From Klebsormidium nitens (Eukaryota > Plantae > Klebsormidiophyceae): a stretch of DNA of 64,000 nt. Both the position numbers and the translations under genes were made by a program. Under the pieces are notes generated by a model, which saw only the letters and a list, made by a program, of their open reading frames with translations, did no database searches and was not told the DNA's origin. The stretch covers positions 1 through 64,000 of the forward strand of contig DF237049.1 of the NCBI GenBank assembly GCA_000708835.1, in the 5' to 3' direction. Positions 11,401 through 25,316 of the stretch are shown piece by piece (the stretch's first letter is position 1; every line of letters starts with the position of its first letter).

Positions 11401-12725
11401 CTCCTGCAGCAGTACCAGGCTTCCCAGAAGCCTGGACAGGGAAACGCGGGGGCCGGCAAGCTGGTGGGCGTGCTGCTGGGCCTCTTGAAGATGTGCTCTT
11501 CGAAGCCCCAGACGCAAGAAGGCCCGCTGGCAGGGGGCGCGGGGCCGGCCTCCGGGGGCTATGCAGCAGCGGGGCAGCCTATGCCTACAAGTACAGGTGA
11601 GGCTGGGGAGTGACTGCGTCGTTGAGCTACTGCCTCTGATCGAACTCCGTAATCTCGTGATTTACGGATTGTTCAACATCTGCACAACAGTGCAGCTTGA
11701 GGCTTGCCAGGCGCACCGACTTGCTTTCCTTGCCCGAAAAGGCGCTTTGGATTGCGAAGTGCGGAAAGAATCGAAGTATCAAGTTGTACTCGTGCATCTT
11801 GCAGGCGTCGCTGCTGCGGCCGACCCCAACCGGCCACCGGACCGGACTGTGTTGATCACCGGTTGCCAATCGTTCGAAACGTCTGCAGACGCATGCCCAA
11901 GTGGGGACAAGACCAAGGTGGGGGCCTCCAGCGCACTCCTAGCCACCTTTTCTCGCGAAAGCATTTGCACGTGCTTCTGAGAAAGCCTCTGATTGAGTTC
12001 TGCGTTACCCCTTTTCGTCCATGTCTCTTCAGCAGACATGTGATCTTCAGAGTTAAGGAACAACTGCAGTCTCTTTGCTCATGAAAAATTGGTCAGGGAA
12101 TGCGAACAAGGATGTTGCGTGTAAGCTCTGCCGCTTTACATGCAGGGTGCAAAACGATCCAGATTGTCTTTAAGTTTGCGGGCTCCTAACAGTTTTATGA
12201 CAGTGTGCCCGCCAATATTGGCCGCTAATCAGAACTAATTGGACTCCTCGAAACGTTTTCAAAACCAGAAGCGCGCTTGTCCAACAGGCCTTCGGCGCCC
12301 TCTCTAACGCCATCCAGAACATTGTACGGGAGAGCCCCCAGCCACTCACAAATAGGGCCCTTGTGACGGCCGTTCGAGAGTATCTTACGAAAGGGGGCTT
12401 CACTCAGGTAGGCGCTTGATTTGCTGAAAACAAGTTTTCCAATATCAAAGAGTTACAAGCCTTGAAACAAAGTTGCCAATTGGGATTCTCTGGTCGAGCT
12501 CGAGTCTTCCGATCAGGCTGTCGTTACTTCTCTTGTGTTTGCTTTCAAGGAAAATTAACGACGGTTCTGAGCTCCACCGGATTCAATCTGGTCTTTCAGG
12601 ATTGTCGTCTTATCCACGATTACTTTTCAATAATCCTAGTCCCACGACGCACCGCCTCTACGCTTTTGCAGAACCCCTGTCTCGAGTGCAGTCACGACAT
12701 GGCAGATACCCCGTTCATCTGCTAG
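8476..12725 (+). CDS. Type II metacaspase (no prodomain, long p20-p10 linker)
   Basis: Exons 8476-8509, 8990-9060, 9295-9418 (GC donor), 9599-9620, 9907-9997, 10314-10511, [10626-10631], 11254-11596, 11805-11917, 12288-12407, 12672-12725. Motifs: MVKKALLVGCNYPGT..LNGCGNDV, catalytic FHYSGHG and ADCCHSG, DEAIVPTDMN..DDD, KELP, LITGCQSFETSADA, AFGALSNAI, GFTQNPCLECS. Confidence 0.95.
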
Positions 12726-13959
12726 GCTAAGTTTGGTTCGTAGGCGTTGCTTTTAGGTTGACGATGCAACCTGCAGAAGGTCCTTATCGTCGAATGTTGT
12801 AGCGCAGTGGCTGCTTGTTAAACATTCTCTGATCCGTAATCATCCATGTTGAAATTAAAGGAGGCTGCATACGATGTAGTGAGCAGAAAATTGCCCCGCT
12901 CGATGTTGCTACGCACTATTGGAGCGATATTTCCGCTTCAATACTTGATGCCTCGTCATACATGGACTGCTCAAGACATTGTGGTGGAGCTTCCTGCTGT
13001 AGGATGCACCATTCAGAGTTGTAATGTGCAGAAGGAAGTTGTCTGTTCGAGCTACTTGTTAAAGCCGACACAAATAGTGCAGACTTCAGTTAACCAGTTC
13101 AACTTAACATAAGTACCTTGCTCTGGTGTCATCCGAGGTTTGAGTCCATTTTCTAGACGAGGAACGGTTATGGTTGTGCGCATAAACACGATTATTGAGA
13201 ATTGGCCACTGACAGACTGGGCCAGTATCGCCTTCAACCACCTGGTCCAATCGCGATCAGAATAGTTGTTGTTCAATTGGCCGTGCACCTCTCACCAGTT
13301 TGAAAAACATCTGCATGAATGATCAAGGTTGCCAGCCGGCCCGCGGCCATCGCCATCGACTTGTAGCTAAAAGCTGTCAATAGCGACTTTCAATGTTGTT
13401 GGCATGGCCAAACGGATGCTAAAATTCCGTATACCAGTTGCAGCTCGGTACGTGCGGCCCGGTATGTTAGCTGGCAATGGCGGCCATTCGATGTGATCCT
13501 CTGACGGGCGCGGAGCTGGCGCCGTGTCGGTCAATTGCAGCCTGAGGATTAGTACCGCCGCATGCAGCTAGTCCTAGAGGGCCGCCCGGGTTCCGGGGTT
13601 CCGCTCGAGCCTAGATCGTCGGACACTGTCACGTGATAAGCCGCGGAAGGTTGGGAAACCGCCGCGCGCGTACTCGCCGCGTTAACAGTGCATATGCGGT
13701 GGCTGTGGACATCATCATTACCACTGCCAGAGTCTTGCACGGCTAGTTCGCACTGCGCAGCTATCCAGCATGCTAGCGCCCTCATGCACGGCGCCTGCAT
13801 AGTTGCGGCGCCCTGTTGCAGCAAGTGCCGTAGAAGTACCCACCGCAAATGGCATGGCGTCTCAATATTAGCAGGTTGATGACAATGTGATCGGTGTTGT
13901 TCTCCTTCTTGACAACAATCAGGCGCGTACCTGGTCCTTCAGAAACTCTGGGAGTGACC

Positions 13960-16900
13960 ATGGCAGGCCACGGCAATGCGCTAGCGCTGGCGCGAACGAT
14001 GCTGGAGCAGAGGCGACTGGAAGCTGAGAAGCTGCGGAGGAGCAAGGGTGTCCTGGAAGAGCAGGTGAGATTCCTCCGGGCAAATGATTTGAAGCGTTCG
14101 CATGTTTACTAGTCCAAGTCGCTCGGTGAGTGAATGGCATTTAAAAAAGTAAAAGGGGCCCTCGGTGTTTTCGTAAAGCACACCACATTCATCTGCAGAA
14201 GATGACAATTTTTGCAGCCGATTTTGAGCTGTTTCTGGCCAGTTGTGCCGAGAGGGTAAGTCAGCAACAGACCGGGCGGGTAGTTTGCCCCTCAAGTTTC
14301 TGAATTCCTGGAAGGGTGCCGTGCAGCCTGTGGGACATGCACGAATCTGATATGCCCTTTCAACCATTCTTCTTGCCTGCAGGAGAAAGCCATCCAGGAG
14401 GAGATCCGCGTGGCTGAGCAGCTCGTCGCGTCTCTGGGGGGCGCTCCGGCTGCACGTGTAGCAGACCTTCCTCCTCCGCCTGGGTTCGAGGATTGGGCGC
14501 ACGCCCCCACTAGGACTGGCCCTCGTGCAGCGGCAGGCGGGGCCAATCCCTGGGGGCGGTCACCTTCCTTTGGCAACACTGGGCCGCAGAGATCTACGGA
14601 GCCTTATCTGTGCGTGCTGTGGCTGGGGTACCCCCGGGGCGGGGAGGTGACAGCGGAGGCAGAGCTATGTCGGCAGTGCAAGTTGGGGGCCGGAGACGAT
14701 GGGCAGGTGGCGGACATCATCACGAAGCTGACCCGTGGAGGTGCTCCCTGCCAGTATATCGAGTTCACAACAGCGGCCGGGGCTGCTGCGGCACAGGAGC
14801 ACCTCTCAAGGGTTTTGCCCAAGGAGGTTTATGTCAGACATAGGTCAGATCGCACTCCTGACTTTGACTTTGCTCTCTATTCTGGACTTTGCACAACCTT
14901 CCCATCGCACTGATCGAGTCTCCTAAGAAGAGCTGGTTTGCGTACCAGATTACTGAAGGTTTCATTCAGGGCAAAAGGGTGAGACATCTTCCCATCAATG
15001 GATCATTCGGTTTCTTGGATCCTTCATAAGCAGACCGATGAGTGGCCAGCGGCAGTAGCTGGTCTTGACCAAGCGAAATTGTGATTTGCAGCCGCCAGAG
15101 CATGGAGTCTGTGAGGAATGCCATGCCGCCAGGGACTTACGGGCTGCAGCAGCAAACCCGGGGTGCACCGCCAGAAGCGAACAACGGCGCCACCGCTTCT
15201 GAGACGCGGGCACGGACAAGGACGCGAGGTGAAGAAGGGGAGGGGCCCCGTCCAAGGAAGAGGCTGAGGGAGGAAACGACCACTGGAAGGGAGGGGGGGA
15301 GCCAAGCTCAGGAGGGCGAAAGTAGCGGGAAAGGGAAAGAAAAGGTGGCAGATGAGCAGAGGGCTGAGAGGCGCAGGGGAAGGTCTGCGGGGCCATCAGA
15401 TGGAGGAGAGGCAGTGGAAGACAGTGCGCCACAAAAGAAGAAGAGAAGCGAGGAGACCAAAGAAAGCAGGGAGGTGCGTAGGGGAAGGGAGGGGGAGGGA
15501 GGCAATCAGGGGGAGGCAGAGAAGGCTGCGGCTCTCGAGAAGGAGAAGTCTGAGAAGAAGGAGCGGCGGCGGCAGTCGAAGGCGCGGGCAGTAGAGGAAG
15601 CGGAAGCGGCCGCAGCGGCGGACGAGAAGTGGCGGAGAAGGGAGGAGAAGCGGGCGGCGAAAGAGGCGGAGGCGAGTGCGAGGGCGGAGGCTGCTAGAGG
15701 CGGGGATGGAAGAGATGATTCGGACAGGCCAGGGCCGTCCGGGGTCCGTCAGGGGGCGAACAATGCGCGTGGTGACTCGACCAGGAGGGAGGCTGCTTCG
15801 CCAGGACGGCGACAGGTGGCGCTTGCAGGCCCCTCCACTCCTAGGGGAGCGGCCAGTCGGAGGGCCCCATCAGGTGCGGTGCTAGACTTGGCAAGAGGCG
15901 CCAGTTGTCTCCCTCAGCAGCTAACCTTTGGCTTCTACTTTGGTCAAGGCACTGTGTTTACTCATGGTTTGTCAGGTTCGCTTGAGGTCAGCGCTGCATG
16001 TGGATTTGCTTAGATGTTATCGATGTGACATCGCAATCTTCTGACAGTTTCTAATACTTTTGAATGGATGCAGCGGTGATTGACCTGGTGAGCCAGGTAG
16101 GGAAGCGGGCGGAGGTGCCTGTCCCGGGCCGGGCGTCCATCAAATACTGTGCGCCGATTGTCAACATCAAAATGCGGGACCTGAAATGGAGCCGGAAGGA
16201 CGACAACACGTTCCTAGTGAAGTGAGCATCTCTCCTGCACACGAGTTGAATTCGTGGGCTTTTTCCTTTTGTTATGCTGAATGAGCGTAAGGCAGCAAGT
16301 GTTCATTCGTTCCAAATTTGTACTTCCAGCCGCTTCTTCTGAGAGCAGCACCTTTGTAACGTATTGTAACATACGGCTTTGGCTGGAAAGGCTCGTATCT
16401 TGGAGACGAACACTTGCTACACGGAAAGAGAGAGAGGAGTCACAAGATACTCCAAGTTTTCGCAGATCCTCGAGACGTGAATTTCAACTCGTTCACTTGT
16501 CGGACTTGAAATTGAGCCCGGTGTTCTGAGTGGCCTTTCTCCAGAGCTGTCAGTCGCTCACGGTTCCCTGCAAGGTTTGTCATACTCATTTGTTTTTTTA
16601 ATCTGTCGCAGTCAACACAATGGGAAAATTGTTTCCTGGACGGTGGTGGATAACGGGTGAGCTGCCTATCTCTCTTCTGAGACGCCTCTTGAGATCAAGC
16701 CAAGATATTCGGTTGATGCGTCCCACCTCGTCAATCTGCTCGACAACTATTCGGGTCTGAAAAGAAAAGGATCAGTTTGTCTAGCACTTGCAGCCCCGTG
16801 AATCCTGTCCTTTCCTACATTACCTGTGAAACTCGTCCTTTTAAGCCTCAGCATTCATCCAAATGAATTCCTGGACTGCTTTTCACGATCCAAGCTGTCG

Positions 16901-19444
16901 CTGTCGACAAAGAGTCCGTCCGTATCTAATCAGATTGCAGCAAGCTCCCACTGAAACGACTCCTTGTCTTGTCATTGCAGCTGGGGCCTTGAGGAGGGAC
17001 CGGCGGTGCCCGTTCTGAACAGCGTCCAGAAGTGGGTGGAGGACTTCGTCCCGTTTGACGAGAACCGGGTAGCGGTGGTGTACACGCCGCCCCCCAAAAA
17101 GGACGCCGCCGCACCGGGGGAGCAGCTGGGAATGGTGGACCTGCAGGTGGGGCCTCAAAAACCGCACTTCCCCTCTCTTTAATCAAATGTGGATAAGCCC
17201 TTTGCTTAACAGATAGTAGATAAGGCGCAGGAAAATATGAGTTTTTTTTCCAACGCAGCCGTGGGCATCGGTGTTGCCGCTTTCAAGAGACGAAATTTGT
17301 CTTTGAGCCTGGTACTACCCAGTAAAGGGCTTAGCAAGGGTTGATTGTGACTGATTCTGGGATGCAAACGCCGCGACGATGGAAGCCGTTGCATCGCGGG
17401 GCTGGACTTTCTCTTTCAAGGGAACAGTCGAAGAAGTAAAGTTCAGCTTCTAGGGGCTTGTATTGCAACTCATGCTGCCAGGATCTCTGACCCAGCCCAT
17501 TGTAGAGGCCGGATCGGTCCCAACGCTGATCTCTTTAATATGCTGATCTCGTTGGTATGCTGAGAGCAAAGCGGTGTTCTTCTGGAGACCTCATCTCACA
17601 CAGGCTTTTCTGTTGGTCTTACTCCTGGTGACTTGGACCAGCGTTGCCACTTCACTGTTACGCACTTTCTTACACTTAAGGCGCACTTAAGGCGCCATCT
17701 TCCTTCTTGCAGTCCCAGCGCATAACCTTCGCCCGGGACACCCCTCACGAACGCGGAGCATTCTGCGTGGCAAACCTTCCCGGGTCCGTGAATGCTGCCC
17801 GCCTTGCGACCGGGGGAATGCACCACGAGGTGGTGGGGTGGTCAGTCCTGGAGCGGAGCAGCGGCCTCGTCTTCAAGGTGAGCACAACACAGTCCACCTG
17901 ATTTTCCTGCCGGTTTAGCTGCTTGGGAACCTTGATACTCGTCCTTCTGCGCCAAAGGAGATGGCTAGTGGATGGCTAGTGTTGTGCGTCTGGCCAGATA
18001 TCGATGCTCGCCTGCTTGTTCGGGATTGACGGCAGGAGTCGAGCAGATTCGCGAAGTCCTTGAGCGACTTGTACACCTGCCAGGACACTGTTCGTTACGA
18101 TGTGGGTCTTAAAGACTCCCTTGACTGAGTGAGATTCCTGAGTATTTGAGTACGAATTTCTTCTCTCGTCGAGCAAGGCGTCTTCTAATCGTGCATAGCT
18201 TTCGATCTCATGTGGATAATAGGCCATGTTGACTAAGGACTGAGCTCGGGGACACAAACAAAAGTGAACACAGAATTGATATGCTCTTCCGTACCCCCTA
18301 TCGCAGCCGACGGTCCTCCACTCGCGGCACTCGTCGTGCGTGAGCCACCTGGCGGTGCTGCGGCACCGGCCCACGCTAGTGAGCGCGGGGCTCGACGGGC
18401 GGGTCATCACGTACGACCTGCAGCACCAGCAGGCGGACGAGCTCGTGCCGCGCCGCTCCAAGCTGCCCGTCTACCGCGCCATGCAGAACCCGGTGGACCC
18501 CAACCTGATGCTCCTGCAAATCGGGTGAGTGGCCAAAGTCTTTTGTGTAGTGTTCGGGCAGCCGTAAAGTAAGTAGTCTCCGAGTCGATATCTGGAACTC
18601 TTTCTTCTTCGGGAACAAAACAAAGCTCGCAGGACCCTGCTCCGCTTCTTCCCGGCTGCTTCCTCGCTTATCTCGAGTGTCCCAACACCAACTTCATGAT
18701 TGGGTTGATTGGGACTTCAAGTTTTCTGCACAATTAGTGACGAGAGCGCCCTTTCGTGGATTGTCCAGTCCTTTGCAAGAGTCGTGCGACAACTGGCGTC
18801 GAAGCAGCAGCACTCTTTGCAGAGCGTGCTTTGAACAGCTGCGCAGACCAGCATGTTTGCACCTTCGCTCGAAAACGTGTTCTTTGAAACCGTCTTTGAA
18901 CGACGAAAGTTTGGATCTCCCCGTAAGGGAACGGCCAGTCCGCGTGCTTCGGTCCTGCAGAACCGTCAACCTGGCACTGCAGCTGTCGCCGATTCAGCGC
19001 ACAAAGTCTCGAAGCTTTTTTTGACTAGGGGGCACTAGGCCTGGGCCGTTCGTGGCTCGCAGGCGTTCTCTCGCTAAGTCTTTCGGCAGCTTGCTGACAT
19101 GCGCGGCGCATTTTGTGTGCAGGAAGCCGGGGCTGCAGTACGAGCTGCGGGACTTGCGGGTGCCGGGGCCGGTCCTCGGCTGCTTCGGGTGGCGGCCGAT
19201 CGCCAAGGTCCAGCAGGGGCCAACTAGTGCGGGGAGCTGGTCGCCCGGGGGAGTGCTGGTAGCCTCCGGGTCGACAGACTCCAACATCCACCTGTTTGAT
19301 ATCCGCAAGCGGTGCGATTCGCCGCTGGTGTCGCTTGACGTGGACAAGAAGACGAAGTCGACGCTCTGGTACGGAGGGGGGTCGGTGATGATCACGTCAA
19401 CCGCGAAGAACAACAGCCTCTGCTTGAGTAGGCTGAATTTGTGA
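13960..19444 (+). CDS. Uncharacterised protein: N-terminal coiled coil, RRM-like domain, long E/K/R-rich region, C-terminal WD40 repeats
   Basis: Phase-compatible exons 13960-14064, 14383-14843, 15092-15873, 16074-16221, 16612-16656, 16981-17146, 17713-17877, 18307-18524, 19123-19444. WD40 signatures: LATGGMHHEVVGWSV, LVSAGLDGRVITYDL, SWSPGGVLVASGSTDSNIHLFDIR. RRM-like: YLCVLWLG...CQYIEFTTAAGAAAAQEHL..EVYVRHS. A single-gene model is inferred from splice-phase continuity. Confidence 0.7.
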
Positions 19445-21116
19445 ACCGGAGCAGAAGGTCAAAGGGTTTGAAAATGCAGAGATGGAGAATCTTGTGGTCT
19501 TCTTCGCCAGAAAGCAGTTGTAAGAGTCACCACTTATAGTGAAGAGCTGCCAATGGAAAAGGACAGAGGGCGCTTGTGTGGTGCAAATGCGAGGCTTTGC
19601 CTCCTCCCCACGGCCTTCAAGTCCATAACAAACGCGTTCTCAGGTGGTGGCGGATTCTATCTGCAGCCTGGCGCTCGCGAGAGCAAATTGCTCGTGAGGG
19701 AGAGACACATGATTTCTCTCGTTCAAGTGAGAAACTCTCTAAGGCGACGCAGATTAACAGCCAGATCGAAGTGTCATTCCTGAAAAACGTGCTTTGATGT
19801 AGCCGGCGTTGATTAGGCGTGTATACTAAGTTCTCTGCTCTGCGCTGACCTTCGAAGCGGGCTGAGCACAGTATCTTATTGTAGCCATTCATTGTAGGCG
19901 ATTGCCCCCAATATGTGAAATAAAAGGTGCACCGCAGCAGCAGCATCGATTCAAGCAGCGGTTCATGATGCATGAGACTGACCAATCTCAGTTGGATGTA
20001 CCACTGATCGAGTCGTCGAGTTTAACGCCGGTTTTAGATTGTTTCGTTACTGAACGGCCTACCAAACATACAATTGGTAAGCCATCCGACGGGCAGTTTA
20101 CTAAAGGTGCCCAGTGACGTACGAGCCTGGGCGTACAATCCCGTCTCAATGATGCCAGCCAGACCGTCTGACTCACTGCGATAATTACTAAACCTGAGCA
20201 TGAAATGCTTCGGATCTTCGTCAACTATATATATAGCTAGAAAACCGTCATGCGTTGAGTCACTGCAAGGCCGCGGGTCCGCATGCACGTAGCTCTCTTA
20301 GTAGTACATCAAAAGGAGCATATAAACTATACCTGAAGTAGAATTCTCCATTGTTGCCAGCAGCAGTCGGCGGCCAGCTCTATGACATATCATGTATATA
20401 TATGTGTCATCCATTGCAATGATGCACGCGAATTTATGTACGTATAGCTATAAATCAGCTTGTGGACATGTCAGATCACACATGGCCGTGGCAGGCGCAC
20501 ATTCCCACGGGCCTGGCATCACCCAGCATAGGTATGCTTATATGATATGCACCATGCACGTGCACATGCCAGCACAGGGCCGGCCACACCAAACTCAGGA
20601 GCCTGGCTGCGCAGATGCATTCAATCCTTGGGAATCAGCTCTACTGCCAGACATATGTAAATGTTGCACTCAGCTTATACCCGTGGATTGATTGCAACAT
20701 TGAACCCAACAATCATACTGTAACTGAGTCAAGCAATAGATATGTGAACGATACAAGCTCACAGCTGGTCGAGTCTCCAACAAGCATTGGCAGCGGTGCA
20801 GAAAGGAATACGATTTGAAAGAATCTGGTGATCAGCTTGATTGAAACCTGTTGGCAAAACCTGGACCCGCTGATTGACAAATCTGTATCAATGGATGGTT
20901 CATCGACAGTGGTAAGGTACAACAGACGGCAGGGTCAAACTCATTCTGCCTACCTAAAACTGGATGGCAGCTTGCTTGGAAAGCGGTGAACACCTCTATT
21001 CCTGAGCATCAATAAATCGCGGCAGTTCGATACCCCTGCCTGGCATAAATGGGCAAAAGTCCTGGCACCGCCAATGCTGGCCCGCTATGCTTTCCTATGT
21101 GTACTGTATACGCGAA

Positions 21117-24100
21117 TTACAAGCTGGCCTTGGCTGCCTCAACGACCTTCTCTGCCGTGATGCCGAAGTTCTTGTAGAGGGCGCCGGCGGGCGCGCTCGC
21201 GCCGAAGTGGTCAACGCCGATCGCCTTGCCGCCGTCACCCACATACTTGTGCCACCCTTGGGTGCTCCCGGCCTCGATCGACACCTTCGCCTTGACTGAC
21301 TTGGGCAAAACCGACTCCTTGTACTCCGGTGACTGCTTCTCGAACAACTCCCAGCACACGAACGACGCCACGTTCACCTTCTTGCCCTCGCCCCTAAGTT
21401 CCTTAGCAGCCGCGACGGCAATCTCGAGCTCAGACCCTGTTGCCAGGATGACAACGTCGGGCTTGTCCGCATCCTTCTCAACCAGGTACCCGCCCTTTGC
21501 CACGCCCTCCACTGAGGTGCCGGGCAGGTGGGGCAGCTTTTGCCGGGACAGGGCCAGGATCGAGGGGGTCTTCCGGCTCTCAATGGCGATCTTGTAGGCG
21601 CCGACCGTCTCCTTGCCGTCAGCGGGCCTGAACATGTAGATGTTGGGCATCGCGCGGAAGCTGGCCAGGTGCTCGATGGGCTGATGCGTGGGGCCGTCCT
21701 CTCCGAGGCCGATGGAGTCGTGCGTCATGACGTGGATCACACCCGCCTCGCTGAGGGCAGACAGCCGGATGGCGGCGCGCATGTAGTCGGTGAAGATGAA
21801 GAAGGTGGCGTCGTACGTGATGAGGCCCGAGTTGTGGAGGTGGATGCCGTTGGCGATGGCACCCATGGCGTGCTCGCGCACACCGTAGCGCAGGTTGCGT
21901 TCCGCGGGGGTGGCCTTCTGGAAGTCGCCGAACTGCTTGAGCAGGGTCATGTTGGAGGGGGCCAGGTCAGCGCTGCCACCCAGGAAGCCGGGCAGCACGT
22001 TGGCGACGGCGTTGAGCACCGTCTGGGAGATGTTGCGGGTGGCGTCAGCGGCGCTGTCAGTGGTGAACTCCTGCGAGAGGAAGGAAGGGGAAAGTCAGCC
22101 ATGGATTCCAGGCATTGTGCAGCAACACGGAATCCGTAAGAGGGAGGTGTGCAATCTAGTAGACACCAAAGGAAACTTTAAAGTGCTTAGTAGCCCGAAC
22201 TACCTAGAAAATCGGGCTAACCGACTACCAGAAGGGTTTACAACTACAAGGAGATTGCAGCTCAACGTCATTGCTGCTTCTAGTGAAGGTTTACAAAAGA
22301 GAGAAGAAGACGCTCCTGAAATGCAGCCAGCCTGCATAGCTGCATAGCCCCAGCTTTTTGCAGAAGTGGGGGTCTGAAACAAAGTCTCCAAAGGAACTGC
22401 ATATACAGCATATATTACTCCCTCCTTGCGAAGAAAATTTGGAGAAGTGTGTCCGCTCAACCGCTTGCAAACAGATCCTAGAAAGGGTGCATCTGATGAA
22501 TCAAGTCGTAGGGGAGAGCGCAGCGAGAGAGTATCAAGAAAGACAAGATACCATCTTGCTTGCAGGAATTGCCAACGGTTGTAGACTATACTTAAACAGA
22601 GAGGTGACAATACTTCACGCCCATCGCTCACCAACCCTAGACAGTGTCAGAGCATTATTGTCTGCCAAGTGTAACATTGGGTCTGTACGTGGTTCAAACA
22701 AGGTAGCCTTGAGAACGAGGCTCTTTTCCAGGCAGGAAGCTTACGAGAAGCCTGAAGCTTCCTCTCCTAAAAATGGGATCTTCCAGCGCGTGTAGCTCGA
22801 TGCAATCTCCTCCATCGCAACCCTATTCTTGGTGGTATAAACTGCCTTGGTATGAACTGCATTTGTGTCTATTTTCGGTGTTCTGCCACTAGTCTCCTGT
22901 ACTCGTTGACAGAACGAGCCAACCCTAAAAGGCAGCGTTCAATTCCATTGGATGCGCATCTTCAGTTTCACAGAAAAAGAATGCCAATGGCGAAGAAGCG
23001 CAATGCTGCACTCACCGGCAGAGCCTTCTCCCAGCCCTCGGGAAGCTTTCCGCTGATGAGCTGCTTGAACTCGGCGCCCTCCTCCGGGTACTTCTCGACG
23101 TACTTGGCGAGTGCTGACTCCCAGTCCTTCTCATACTCAGCGCCGGCATCCGTCTTGTCCATGTTACTGAAGAGAAAAAATGGATTGTCAGGCCCTTCCA
23201 GCAAAGGCGCCTTATGTCTCAACACTTGAAAATTGCGAGACAATCTTTGACCACATGAGTAGAGCAGATAGCAACTTCACGTGCAGAGCATGACTTCTAA
23301 AAGCCCTTGCCTGCGGGGCAGCAGACTGTACGTCTGCTCCAATCTAGAGCACAAGACCATCCTCTTGATGGTAACGATCAGCGGTTCAACAGAGCGCGCT
23401 CAACTTGAAAGGCCACCTCAAATGCTGCGGTCGTCATTTGGCATTGGCATTCCAGCAACAAAATGCGGAAAAGATGCGAGGACTCACGCGTAGACCTCAT
23501 CCGGAACCTTGAACGGCTCATAGGGCCAGCCGAGGTTCTCCCTGGTTGCAGCAACCTCCTTGCCTCCCAGCGCCGCCCCGTGCACTCCGTGCGTGTTCGC
23601 CTTATTAGGAGACCCGAACCCAATGGTGGTGGACACCTTGATGAAGGTGGGCTTGTCAGTCACAGACTTGGCCTCGTCAATGGCCTTGCGCAGAGCATCG
23701 AGATCAGTGTTTCCCTCCTCGACGTGGATTGTGTGCCAGCCGAGAGCATCGAAGCGGGCCTGCACATCCTCAGTGAAGGCAATGTCTGTGTGACCGTCGA
23801 TGGAGATCTTGTTGTCGTCGTACAGGCAGATCAGCTTGCCGAGGCCCCAGTGACCAGCAAGGGAGCCAGCCTCATTGGAGATACCCTCCATGTTGCATCC
23901 ATCCCCCAAGATGCAGTACCTGCAGATATGCAATGAGACGATTCAGAACGCATATCTTTCCGCATATACGGCACAAAGAAAGACCACAAGGGAATGCAAA
24001 CAAGCAAGAGTCCTTTCCTGATGCAGAAGGAGGGTACCTGGTGTCTTGCGTGCCCCGTGTCTTGCAATCGTGCAAGACGAATTGACGTAAGAGGATGCAA

Positions 24101-25316
24101 AGACTGGAGGCAAATTCCCGCACATGATAGTAAAGTTGGCTGCCAATAGTGGACACACTCACGTGTAGTGGTCAACAACCTTGGCATCAGGCTTGTTGTA
24201 CCGAGCAGCCAAGTGAGCCTCAGCAAGGGCCAGACCAACGGCGTTCGCAATACCCTGGCCAAGGGGCCCTGCCAAAGAAGAGGGTTTTGATAAGTGGCTT
24301 GCGAGCAAAATGGTTAAGTGGCAGTTGCGTGTTCACATGACTTCCAAACACCAGCCTGCATTCAAGTAAGGCAGAGTGCTGTCCGGCTCCAGAACCTGTC
24401 CATCATTCAATGGGTTGAAAACAGAAAAGGAACTCCAAGCCTGGCAGCTACATCGGCTCACCGGTCGTGACTTCCACTCCTGGTGTCTCGAAGTTCTCGG
24501 GGTGACCAGGGGTCTTGCTACCCCACTGCCTGAACTGTGACAGATCCTCAGTCTGCACCACAAAAGGTCACGGATCAATGCCTCATGTCGAAACATATGC
24601 TCTATTCAGAGTGAAATGCACCGTCAGACATTGGTTTCTGCAGAAAGCTGTGTTCAAGCCTATATCAGATCTGCTACCTGGAGAGACAATGCAGACCTAA
24701 GCGAGATATCTCTTGTATGATGAAGTGGTGCATCTCATCTGCAGTCTCTAGTAGCATGACACTGACAAGACTACCAGAGTCGCCTCACCTTGACGCTGTC
24801 ATACCCGGCCAGGTGGAGCAAGGCGTACTGGAGCATGCAACCGTGACCAGCGGAGAGCACAAACCTATCCCTGTTGAACCAGTAAGGGTTCTTGGGGTTG
24901 AACTTCATTGTTTCATTGAAGAGGACATATGCCATGGGTGCACAGCCCATAGGGAGACCGGGATGGCCAGAGTTTGCCTTCTCCACAGCGTCGATAGCCA
25001 GGAAACGGATAGCATTGATGCTCTTGTCGACAACCTCAGGGGACACCTTTGAGGGCGCCTTGACAGCGGCGGTTGCCCTGATCCCTTGCTTCTTGGCACT
25101 CCTCTTGACTGCGGCCGGCTGGCTGAAAGCAGCAGTCTCGCTCCTGCTCTCAGAGACGCGGCGGAGGCCAGCGAAGTTGCCCAGGGAGGCCTTGGTGGCA
25201 GAACGTCTGCACACGGGGGCAGACATCTGCACATTCTTCTGGGATGACACACCTGCTGCGGCGGCAGCGAAGGTGGCCCCGGCCGAGGCCAGCGAGGACG
25301 CTTGGACAGCCTGCAT
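21117..25316 (-). CDS. TKL: Plastid transketolase with N-terminal transit peptide
   Basis: Exons (minus) 25316-24789, 24552-24462, 24268-24163, 23919-23488, 23166-23016, 22070-21117. Motifs: [49 protein letters not shown], ThDP motif GDGCNMEG...[22 protein letters not shown]. The N-terminus is Ala/Ser-rich, consistent with a transit peptide. Confidence 0.98.

Noticed and set aside
21528-22139. Long ORFs overlapping real exons (also 30258..30932, 41938..42687, 44301..45224, 48696..49295, 52458..53900)
   Set aside because: Antisense or alternative-frame shadows of GC3-rich coding exons, where stop codons are depleted.
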